This document shows positions 16,557-23,847 of a stretch of DNA of 32,000 bases, piece after piece (positions within the stretch are counted from its first letter, which is position 1; each line of letters starts with the position of its first letter). A model generated the notes under the pieces. The model did no database searches, was not told the origin of the DNA, and saw only the letters and a list, made by a program, of their open reading frames with translations. The stretch is from assembly GCF_000711905.1 (NCBI RefSeq), contig NZ_KL543983.1, positions 140,378 to 172,377 on the forward strand, in the 5' to 3' direction. The stretch is from Methermicoccus shengliensis DSM 18856. Its GTDB lineage: Archaea > Halobacteriota > Methanosarcinia > DSM-18856 > Methermicoccaceae. The position numbers and the translations under genes are program-made.

Positions 16557-17990
16557 ATGAAGGTTGCCCTCGTGAACCCGCCAAGATTTGGTGGAATTCC
16601 CGTCATCAGGGAGGACAGATGTGAAATCACCGATAGGGGCTCCCTTGTCCCCCCATACAGCCTTATCCAGATAGCAGCCCAGCTCAAAGAGCACCAGCTC
16701 ATCGTGATAGATGCCAATGGTATGAATATGAGCCACGAGCAGCTCAGGAAGCGTCTTGAGGCATTTTGTCCAGATGTGGTGGTGTTCAGGTTCACCCCCA
16801 CCACGTTTGACAATGACATGGAGGTTGCGAAAATCGCAAAGCAGCTGAGAGAGGATACGCTCACCATAGGCATGTGCTGGACGCTCAGGCAGTTTGCAGA
16901 GCGCGTCCTCAGGGAGAGACCCGAGCTGGACATCTACGTTGTGGGTGACTATGAGGTGGTGGTCAGCAGGCTTTTGGAGGTGCTCGAGCAGGGTGGTGAT
17001 GTGCGAAAGGTGGAGGGGGTGGCGTTTTTCGAGGATGGAGAGTTCGTCATCACTCCCTCGTGCCATGCCGCGTTCGATTACGATTCCCTTCCCATGCCTG
17101 CATACGAATACCTCCCTCCCCTGTCCACCTACCACATCAACACCCGCCACGGCTCGCCCTTCACCATCATGTACACCAGCAAGGGCTGCCCGTACAACTG
17201 CATATACTGTACCGTGAGAAGGACTGTGTGGAAGGGAAGGAGTGCCCAGAGCATCCTCGATGAGATTCGCTACCTGAAGGAGCATCACGGCATCCGCACC
17301 ATCTCGTTCTTTGATGAGACGTTCACGTTCGACCGCGAGCGCGTGGTCGAGCTGTGCGAGGGGCTGTGTGAGGAGGGGCTGAACATCAGGTGGTACTGCA
17401 ACACCCGTGTGGATCACGTGGATGCCGAGCTTTTAAGGCTGATGCGAAGGGCTGGCTGTCGGGGAATGTCCTTTGGGGCAGAGTCTGGCAGCGACGAGAT
17501 TCTCAAAAGGGCGAAGAAGGGCGCCACAGCGGAGCAGACCGAGAGGGCGGTGAGGCTGGCAAGGGCAGCCGGCATCAAGACGTACCTCAGCTTCATGTTT
17601 GGGCTTCCCGGCGAGAGCTGGGATACCGTGCATGAGACGATAGAGTTCGTGGGAAGGGTGCTTCCCAATGGTGCCCAGTTCAACATCGCTGTACCCTACC
17701 CGAGCACTGAGCTGTACGAGCATGCGCTTGAGAAAGGGTACATCCCGCGGGAGCTGGACTGGAGGCAGCTCTTTCAGCACCGCTCGGTGATGAGAACTGA
17801 GCACATGAGCCAGGAGGAGCTGGAGCAGGCACGAAGGCTTGCCTACCGCTCCCTCTACTTCAACCCGAGATGGATACTCAGCAACGTGCTGTTCGTGCTG
17901 AGGGAGCCCACCGAGGCGCCGCTTGCCGTGAAGTACTATCTGAAGTCACTCAAGAACCTGCTCGTGCACAACATGGAGCATGCACACTGA
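16557..17990 (+). CDS. B12-binding-domain radical SAM protein (class B)
   Basis: The N-terminal cobalamin-binding-like Rossmann region is MKVALVNPP...YSLIQIAAQLKEH...VVVFRFTPTTF. The radical SAM cluster motif is SKGCPYNCIYCTV, followed by FFDETF and FGAESG. I place the start at ATG 16557, 25 nt after the argC stop (the track start is 16482). Confidence 0.8.
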   Translation: MKVALVNPPRFGGIPVIREDRCEITDRGSLVPPYSLIQIAAQLKEHQLIVIDANGMNMSHEQLRKRLEAFCPDVVVFRFTPTTFDNDMEVAKIAKQLREDTLTIGMCWTLRQFAERVLRERPELDIYVVGDYEVVVSRLLEVLEQGGDVRKVEGVAFFEDGEFVITPSCHAAFDYDSLPMPAYEYLPPLSTYHINTRHGSPFTIMYTSKGCPYNCIYCTVRRTVWKGRSAQSILDEIRYLKEHHGIRTISFFDETFTFDRERVVELCEGLCEEGLNIRWYCNTRVDHVDAELLRLMRRAGCRGMSFGAESGSDEILKRAKKGATAEQTERAVRLARAAGIKTYLSFMFGLPGESWDTVHETIEFVGRVLPNGAQFNIAVPYPSTELYEHALEKGYIPRELDWRQLFQHRSVMRTEHMSQEELEQARRLAYRSLYFNPRWILSNVLFVLREPTEAPLAVKYYLKSLKNLLVHNMEHAH

Positions 17991-18115
17991 GGAAAGGCAA
18001 TATGAAGAGAAGAGTGCTGGCTGCGCTGGCTGGCACCGCAGTGGGATTCTGCTTGAACTGTGCCGTGGGGGTTTCCAAACTTTGCTCGTATCGTTGCCCT
18101 CACCACTCCCTACAC

Positions 18116-19306
18116 CTACTTCACAGCCACAATCTTTATCACATCGCCGCTCTTAAGCTCGTAGCTCTCTCCAAGCCGCCTTCCAGTGCGTCCATCCACT
18201 GCATACAGAAACCCCTCTCCAAGCTCGGTGTGCACCTCATATGCGAGGTCGCGGGGCGTGGAGCCCCTTGGCATGAGGAAGGCATCTGGCAGCACCCTTC
18301 CATCCTTGTCGGTCCACTTAGCCTCATCTTCCACGGGATACACCACGATGAGCCCGAGAAGCTCGAGCACAGCCCTGTTGAGGCACTCCTGCACGCCCGT
18401 GGAGCCAAAGCGCTCCAGCAGCTCCCCTACTCTCTCGAGTGCCCTGAGCTGCTTTTCGGTGGGTGTGCCAGTGATGCGAAAATCACCATCACCCGGCACG
18501 TACTCGATGAGTCCCGCTCTCTCCGCCATCCTGAGCACGAGTTCTGCCTCTGCGCTGGTGGGCACCACCGTGTAGTGTAGCTCCTTTAGCCTCTTGAGGT
18601 TTTCCTCTGGTGCCGTGTCCATCTTGTTGGCGGCAATCAGCATGGGCTTTGATACAGAGCGCAGATAATCACACAGGTCAAGCAGCTCGTGCTCGTGCCA
18701 TGCGGCAGGCTTGTCGGAAGGTAGCCCGAGTTCTGAGATGGCTGCCCTCACGTGTGCCTGACTCACCCCCACACCACTTAGCTGCTCTGCAATCACATGC
18801 TCTATCTTAGTATGCTCTGCCTGCACCCTCCTTGCGAGCCTGTCCCATCCCCTGACGAGTATCTGCATCATCCAGTACGTCAGCTCCCTCTCCAGAATGT
18901 CCACGTCCTCCAGCGGGTCGTGGGACCCCACACCCACGGGATTCCCCTCAGCGTCGGTGGAGCCGCTCGCATCCACCACGTGCACAATGGAGCTTGCCTC
19001 CCTCAGCCTGTCGAGAAATGCGTTGCCCAACCCCCTGCCCTTGTGGGCATCGTGCACAAGCCCTGCCACATCTATCAGCCCCACGGGCACGAACCTTGCA
19101 CCCTCTCTGCACTGTCCGCACCTCTCGTCCAGCTCGAGGCAAGGACAGTCCACTCTCACCGAGCTGATTCCTATGTTGGCATCAATGGTGGTGAATGGGT
19201 AGTTGGCAATCTCCACATTGGCCAGCGTGGCTGCCTTGAAGAATGTGGACTTGCCGCAGTTTGGCTTTCCAGCAAGGGCAACCTCTCGTATCCTCAGCAC
19301 CCCCAT
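18116..19306 (-). CDS. Obg-family P-loop NTPase, YchF/OLA1-like, with a C-terminal TGS-type domain
   Basis: G1 is ALAGKPNCGKSTFF, G2 is NYPFTTID, G3 is DVAGLV and G4 is ANKMD. The C-terminal beta-grasp region reads PRDLAYEVHTELGEGFLYAVD...LKSGDVIKIV. A Cys cluster CPC...CGQC is inserted. A TATA-like TTAAATA on the minus strand lies ~20-25 nt upstream of ATG 19306. Confidence 0.8.
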   Translation of the reverse strand: MGVLRIREVALAGKPNCGKSTFFKAATLANVEIANYPFTTIDANIGISSVRVDCPCLELDERCGQCREGARFVPVGLIDVAGLVHDAHKGRGLGNAFLDRLREASSIVHVVDASGSTDAEGNPVGVGSHDPLEDVDILERELTYWMMQILVRGWDRLARRVQAEHTKIEHVIAEQLSGVGVSQAHVRAAISELGLPSDKPAAWHEHELLDLCDYLRSVSKPMLIAANKMDTAPEENLKRLKELHYTVVPTSAEAELVLRMAERAGLIEYVPGDGDFRITGTPTEKQLRALERVGELLERFGSTGVQECLNRAVLELLGLIVVYPVEDEAKWTDKDGRVLPDAFLMPRGSTPRDLAYEVHTELGEGFLYAVDGRTGRRLGESYELKSGDVIKIVAVK

Positions 19307-19442
19307 TCCCCTCGTGAGGGTGGGTATTTAAGGGTTTTCGAGGGAAGGTGTTGTGGAAACACTGAGGAAGCTAATCCCAGAAAAAGAGATTGAGCTTGAA
19401 GGCTCACGCCGAGAAATCATTAGGGAGCTGGAGAAATACGGT

Positions 19443-19703
19443 TTAGTGGAGTGATTGAACTACTCTCATACCCTCTTTTGTAATTTTAACCCTGTAAGAT
19501 GCGATACCCGTGGCACTTTCTTCTCTCTCTACTTTGTTTACCTCGACAAGATTTAGCAACTCCAAGAACTTGCAGTTTTTCTTTACAGTTTCGTAATTTG
19601 TTCTGAGGGTCTTGGAGAGATTGTAGTAAGTGTAGACCTTACCATCAGAGAGGGTCTTTAGGAGTTCTATTTTCTTTTTGTCGCTGATTAATAGCTCATC
19701 CAT
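19443..19703 (-). CDS. Small winged-helix DNA-binding protein (ArsR/MarR-like wHTH), low-GC islet
   Basis: 86 aa from ATG 19703: MDELLISDKKKIELLKTLSDGKVYTYYNLSKTLRTNYETVKKNCKFLELLNLVEVNKV...YRVKITKEG. The helix-turn-helix plus wing pattern was identified by eye only. It is divergent from the lipoprotein gene, with palindromes in the spacer. The track start 19745 adds 14 residues and removes the promoter space. Confidence 0.55.
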   Translation of the reverse strand: MDELLISDKKKIELLKTLSDGKVYTYYNLSKTLRTNYETVKKNCKFLELLNLVEVNKVEREESATGIASYRVKITKEGMRVVQSLH

Positions 19704-19728
19704 ATTGTAGTGGCTACCACAGTAAAAA

Positions 19729-19738
19729 TCATATATAA
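19729..19738. promoter_or_regulatory. Back-to-back TATA element (CATATATAAC) serving the divergent wHTH and lipoprotein genes
   Basis: It lies ~26-35 nt from ATG 19703 on the minus strand, which implies a leaderless transcript. It lies ~50 nt from ATG 19787 on the plus strand, and that ATG has the strong SD GGTGGTGA at 19775-19782. Confidence 0.45.
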
Positions 19739-19756
19739 CGAACAATTAGGTGTTAT

Positions 19757-19770
19757 GTAGTGAACACTAC
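19757..19770. promoter_or_regulatory. Perfect palindrome GTAGTG-AA-CACTAC, candidate operator
   Basis: Read directly from the sequence. A related half-site TTGTAGTGG is at 19705-19713, and its inverted partner CACTACAAT is at 19765-19773. The palindrome sits where the lipoprotein transcript should start. Confidence 0.45.
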
Positions 19771-19786
19771 AATGTGGTGGTGAAGT

Positions 19787-20986
19787 ATGAAAAGCTGGGT
19801 TGCTTGCTCAATTGCTTCATTGATAGTGTTAGCGGTTTTAGTAAGTGGCTGTGCTGAAACGCCCCAAATTGAGAAGCCAACGGTTACGGTTGACAGTGTG
19901 AGTGTGAAAAACGTCGCACCTCGGGCTTTGGATTTAGAGGTTCGTGTTATAGTGAGCAATCCGAATTCTATAGGAGCTCACCTCACAAAAGTTGTGTTCG
20001 ATATTTACTACCTGAAGAATGGTGAGCAGAAGTATCTGGGTCATGGAGAGTTACGAGACGTGGATATAAGGAGTCAGGGAGACACGACGATAACTGTTCC
20101 CATAACTGTGGACAATTCCAGAGCTATCGCTGGACTACGTGAACTGGCAAAATCAGGGGCGGTTAAGATAAAGGTAAGCGGCTCTGCATACCTCGACTTG
20201 AAGGCAACTACATTGGAAATACCATTTGAAAAAACGAAAGAGGTATCATTGGCTCTCACTGCACCTGAGCAAAGCCCGACAACAGCAGCTACAAGTCCAA
20301 CGGCAACTACCACTGCAACCCCCACACCTACACCCACAGGCTCCATTTATGTCTCGTCATCTCCCTCTGGAGCCAGCATATACATCGATGGCATCTATCA
20401 AGGCACCACTCCCAAGACCATATCCAACTTGAATGCTGGTATGTACACACTGAGGCTGTCCAAGGATGGATATGAGGAGCACACGGAGCGTGTGATAGTG
20501 GAGGCTGGAAGGACTGCCACTGTAAGTGTGAGCCTTTCTCCTATACCCACCCCAACGCCAACTACTACGACGACTCCTACGCCAACAGAGACAGCGACAC
20601 CTACACCAACACCAGCAGAGACTACCAGAGAAAAGCTCTTCCTTCAAGTCTCGCCGAGCCCAGCCAAGGTCGGACAGACAGTTGAAATCACTGTGAGCGT
20701 CGATGGAGAGCCCGTCCCCGATGCTTACGTTGGGTATGTTGATGTGGTTAATTTAACCGTTGGGCTTACTGCGGCTTATCTAACTGAAAGCCCAGAGGTT
20801 GCTGTGAGCGCGATAAAATCGTCAGGAAAGATAGCGGGCACAACAGACGCTAACGGGAAAATTGAGATTACATTCGACAAGCGAGGGGAGTATATCATAG
20901 CAACGTGGAAGCCACCAGAAACGTGGAGGCGTCCGATTATTGAATACGTGCCCTCAGCCACGGCTTTAACAGTCAGACGGCTGTGA
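19787..20986 (+). CDS. Surface lipoprotein: LEA_2/WHy-like domain, Thr/Pro linker, PEGA domain, Thr/Pro linker, C-terminal beta-sandwich-like domain
   Basis: Signal peptide with lipobox (LAVLVSGC). A LEA14/WHy-like block follows (TVTVDSVSVKNVAPRALDLEVRVIVSNPN...KIKVSGSAYLDL). The PEGA block is IYVSSSPSGASIYIDGIYQGTTPKTISNLNAGMYTLRLSKDGYEEHTERVIV. Two TP-rich linkers are present (TSPTATTTATPTPTPTG; PTPTPTTTTTPTPTETATPTPTP). A strong SD precedes the ATG. Confidence 0.7.
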   Translation: MKSWVACSIASLIVLAVLVSGCAETPQIEKPTVTVDSVSVKNVAPRALDLEVRVIVSNPNSIGAHLTKVVFDIYYLKNGEQKYLGHGELRDVDIRSQGDTTITVPITVDNSRAIAGLRELAKSGAVKIKVSGSAYLDLKATTLEIPFEKTKEVSLALTAPEQSPTTAATSPTATTTATPTPTPTGSIYVSSSPSGASIYIDGIYQGTTPKTISNLNAGMYTLRLSKDGYEEHTERVIVEAGRTATVSVSLSPIPTPTPTTTTTPTPTETATPTPTPAETTREKLFLQVSPSPAKVGQTVEITVSVDGEPVPDAYVGYVDVVNLTVGLTAAYLTESPEVAVSAIKSSGKIAGTTDANGKIEITFDKRGEYIIATWKPPETWRRPIIEYVPSATALTVRRL

Positions 20987-21323
20987 GTGGGACTTTTCCA
21001 CCCACCCTATCTCTTTTTATACATACAGGAATTATGCCCCTCATGTATTTGCATCTTCCAAACTCTCCAATTCCACATTCTATACAGTCAGTTTGAGAGA
21101 TAACTCTAAAGCCTGCCATCTGTATCTCTCTAATCCACTTTGATATGCAAGGGAGGTTTGATTTCATGGCATTATTTGTTTTGTATTTTACACTGTAGTA
21201 TTTGAGTACCCACAGGAATGCATCCTTATAGTTGTTGAATTCTGCTGCTGGTAGGTGATTGCCAAGTTCATAAATCTGTATTAAAACCCCACCTTTTTCA
21301 TGTTCTCGAATCTCTACAGGCAT
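20973..21323 (-). CDS. Hypothetical 116-aa Cys-rich protein (no family recognised)
   Basis: ORF in the track. Five Cys lie in the C-terminal half (C-x20-C-x2-C-x7-C-x9-C). The ATG 21323 lies 1 nt after the stop of the upstream 39-codon zinc-ribbon ORF. The 3' end overlaps the convergent lipoprotein gene by 14 nt. Confidence 0.5.
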   Translation of the reverse strand: MPVEIREHEKGGVLIQIYELGNHLPAAEFNNYKDAFLWVLKYYSVKYKTNNAMKSNLPCISKWIREIQMAGFRVISQTDCIECGIGEFGRCKYMRGIIPVCIKRDRVGGKVPLTAV

Positions 21324-21324
21324 C

Positions 21325-21444
21325 TTACAACACCTCTATTTCTTTCACGCGATACTTGTGGCACATCGAGCATTGCCTCGGTGTCGATACTTTCTCCTTT
21401 CTTGCTACCCATTCGTGTCCGCATACGAGGCATTTAAATTTCAT
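21325..21444 (-). CDS. 39-aa zinc-ribbon protein (CxxC-x16-CxxC), not in the ORF track
   Basis: Hand translation of the minus strand gives ATG 21444-21442 ... TAA 21327-21325: MKFKCLVCGHEWVARKEKVSTPRQCSMCHKYRVKEIEVL. An AT-rich TATA-like sequence (TATATATTATAT) lies immediately upstream. It is translationally coupled to the 116-aa ORF. Confidence 0.5.
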   Translation of the reverse strand: MKFKCLVCGHEWVARKEKVSTPRQCSMCHKYRVKEIEVL

Positions 21445-21673
21445 TGGATATAATATATACTAAACCTATATGAACATTATGTTGTAATACAAAAGTTTTT
21501 TATAGAGTATAGTGGGCGTATTATAATATGCCATGGGTGAGTAGAGTGAATCTCCGAACAGGCATATGGGACAAGGAGAGAGCCTTTCGGGAGTATCCTG
21601 AGAGGTGTCCCTACCGTTTTTAAAAATAAGTGATATTTAATAAAAAGAACACTAATTAATAAACCTTTTTAAT

Positions 21674-22672
21674 ATGATGGGGGCAAAAAAGATATGCATC
21701 ATGGGTGCAGATAGAGAACCAGCGTCCCTGCTCGAGAGAGTGATAGCCCTGCTGAAGGCAGCAGGCTTTTCCACCTCGGATAGGGTAAGCACGAGGCCAA
21801 GGAGCTTTGACGTGGCTGCTCGGAGAGATGACGTGCTGCTCTTTTTAAAGTGCCTGTACAACATAGACTCCCTGAGCAGGGAGGCTGCCGCCGAGCTTCG
21901 CAGGCTCGCCCAGTATCTTCTGGGCTCTGCCCTCGTGGTGGGCGAGAGGGCGAGAAACCACCCCATCGAGAGAGATGTGGTGTACATGCGCCATGGCGTG
22001 CCCGTGGTGAACTTCGATACGCTGTACGACTACCTAATCGAGGACACACCGCCCCTGATTCAGTCAGAGCCCGGGGGGCTCTATGCGAGCGTCAGTGGCG
22101 AGAGGCTGAGAGAGCTTAGAATCAGGAGGAACATGTCCATTGGCTTTGTGGCTCAGATACTCGGGGTGTCGAGGAGGACTGTAAAGAAGTATGAGGATGA
22201 AGATATGAAGCTCTCCGTAGATGTGGCAATAAAGCTGGAGGAGCTCTTCGAGGCGCCACTGGTGGTGCCCATAGACATCCTGAGGCCCCAGAAGGCAGTT
22301 GAGGTGCCCCCACGTGAGTCAGACATGGTGGAGGGGGACGTGCCCACAAGGCTCCTCATAGACTTTCTGAGAAGGATTGGATTTGACGTGCTGCCCACGA
22401 GGCAGGCGCCCTTTTCTGCTCTCTCAAAGGAGACCCTCTTCACAGTGCTCACGGGTGTCACCCGGCGATACAGCCAGAGCCTCGTTAGACGGGCAAGGCT
22501 CATGAGCAGCATCTCGGAGGTAGCTGGCACGGAGTCCGTGTGTATGGTGGAGGGAGAGCCCAAGACACAGCACATCGAGAGGACGGCCATCATCACCACA
22601 CAAGAGCTAAGGCGGGTTGATGAGCCGCTCGACCTGCTGTCTCTGATACACGAGAGGGTGGGAAAGAACTAA
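21674..22672 (+). CDS. Archaeal putative HTH-type transcriptional regulator (XRE-type HTH, MJ1164/COG1395-like family)
   Basis: 332 aa. The central HTH_3 motif is LRELRIRRNMSIGFVAQILGVSRRTVKKYEDEDM, flanked by the conserved N- and C-terminal domains I recall for this euryarchaeal family. Confidence 0.7.
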   Translation: MMGAKKICIMGADREPASLLERVIALLKAAGFSTSDRVSTRPRSFDVAARRDDVLLFLKCLYNIDSLSREAAAELRRLAQYLLGSALVVGERARNHPIERDVVYMRHGVPVVNFDTLYDYLIEDTPPLIQSEPGGLYASVSGERLRELRIRRNMSIGFVAQILGVSRRTVKKYEDEDMKLSVDVAIKLEELFEAPLVVPIDILRPQKAVEVPPRESDMVEGDVPTRLLIDFLRRIGFDVLPTRQAPFSALSKETLFTVLTGVTRRYSQSLVRRARLMSSISEVAGTESVCMVEGEPKTQHIERTAIITTQELRRVDEPLDLLSLIHERVGKN

Positions 22673-23760
22673 ATCTCCTCGAGCGTGTACAGGGAGCTTC
22701 CAGCTCCAAGCCGCTCTGCGCTCTCAAGATGTATGTATGGCGAGATATCCCATATCGTGCTCAGTCTCTCCTTTTGCACATTGGCATGTGCATAGTCGTG
22801 AAGGAACGTGCTCTTGTTCACGAGGTCAATGGTTGCCCGATCGAGCGCCACGGGGTCTTGGGAGAACAGCATCCCCACATCCTCCACGAACGGGGCATCG
22901 GAGTATGCAAAGCAGTCGCATCCAGCCGTCAGCTCATATGCCCAGTTGATGTAGAATATCCTCCTCTTGAGCGCCCTTATGGGGCCCACCGCCGCCTCGC
23001 CCAGCCGAACCTGCATCCTTTCCCTCGACCCTTCTGGCTCCACAATGGCTCCAAAGGCACACGCCGACTGGCATGAGAGCTCTCCAGCACACCTCTGTGG
23101 GTCTATCACGGCCCTTTTACTCTCTGGGTGGATGGAGATGGCTCCCCATGGACACATCTGTATGCATTTCCGACAGCCCGTGCACAGGTCTTCGTCCACG
23201 CTTGGGATGCACACCTCGTGTACCTTCCTCTTACCTGCCTTTGTGAGGCACCCCATCCCAAGGTGCTTTATGGCTCCTCCATACCCGCTGGCAGGGTGCC
23301 CCTTGGCATGGGATACCACCACCATGTAGTCGCATTTGGCGCATGCACTTGCCACCTCTATCTCATCTATCTCACTTCCGCCCACGGGTATGCTGACCCC
23401 ATCGTCCCCTCTGAGCCCATCTGCTACCACGAATGGTGCTCCCATGCTGGCGAGGTTGAAGCCATTGGCGGATGCCACCTCGATGAGTTCGGGCCCATTG
23501 AACCGCATACCCCCATACAGCGTGGTGCTCTCTGTGAGAAATGGCCTTGCGCCCAGCTCCTTTAGCACATCCACCACTGCCCTTATCACTATGGGTCTCA
23601 CATGGGTGGTGTTGCCCCACTCACCGGGATGAAACTTCACGGCAACGACATCTCCCCTCTCGATTCCCTCCAGCATCTCGGGAAGATGCCTCCGTATCAC
23701 CTCTGGCTGGCTCTCCTCTGGTGATGCCGCTCTTGCATCCTTGTACCACACCACGCTCAC
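22669..23760 (-). CDS. DUF362 domain protein with an inserted 2x[4Fe-4S] ferredoxin domain
   Basis: The DUF362-like N-terminus is VVAVKFHPGEWGNTTHVRPIVIRAVVDVLKELGARPFLTEST. The ferredoxin motifs are CTGCRKCIQMCP and CAGELSCQSACAFGAI. The start is GTG at 23760. Confidence 0.7.
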   Translation of the reverse strand: MSVVWYKDARAASPEESQPEVIRRHLPEMLEGIERGDVVAVKFHPGEWGNTTHVRPIVIRAVVDVLKELGARPFLTESTTLYGGMRFNGPELIEVASANGFNLASMGAPFVVADGLRGDDGVSIPVGGSEIDEIEVASACAKCDYMVVVSHAKGHPASGYGGAIKHLGMGCLTKAGKRKVHEVCIPSVDEDLCTGCRKCIQMCPWGAISIHPESKRAVIDPQRCAGELSCQSACAFGAIVEPEGSRERMQVRLGEAAVGPIRALKRRIFYINWAYELTAGCDCFAYSDAPFVEDVGMLFSQDPVALDRATIDLVNKSTFLHDYAHANVQKERLSTIWDISPYIHLESAERLGAGSSLYTLEEI

Positions 23761-23779
23761 ATCAATACCTCCAGAGCGT

Positions 23780-23819
23780 GTTCCCCTGTTCCCCTGTTCC
23801 CCTGTTCTCCTGTTCCCCT
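23780..23819. repeat. Tandem 8-nt repeat (GTTCCCCT)x5, one unit GTTCTCCT
   Basis: Read directly from the sequence: gttcccct gttcccct gttcccct gttctcct gttcccct. Degenerate C/T-rich remnants follow up to ~23860, running into the 3' end of the Lrp-like gene (stop 23848-23850). On the minus strand it reads AGGGGAAC repeats starting 20 nt upstream of the DUF362 start codon. Confidence 0.85.
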
Positions 23820-23847
23820 GCCTTGCCCCTGAGATTGCCTCTGCCTC

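Noticed and set aside
18002-18115. Cys-rich ORF directly after the radical SAM gene (MKRRVLAALAGTAVGFCLNCAVGVSKLCSYRCPHH...), tempting as a RiPP-like precursor
   Set aside because: The frame has no stop until 18580, so it would run ~465 nt antisense through the conserved GTPase gene. Ala/Gly/Leu/Arg-rich N-termini arise easily in GC-rich DNA. The enzyme shows a B12-binding class B layout, and I could not see a SPASM/peptide-maturase signature. There is no evidence beyond position.
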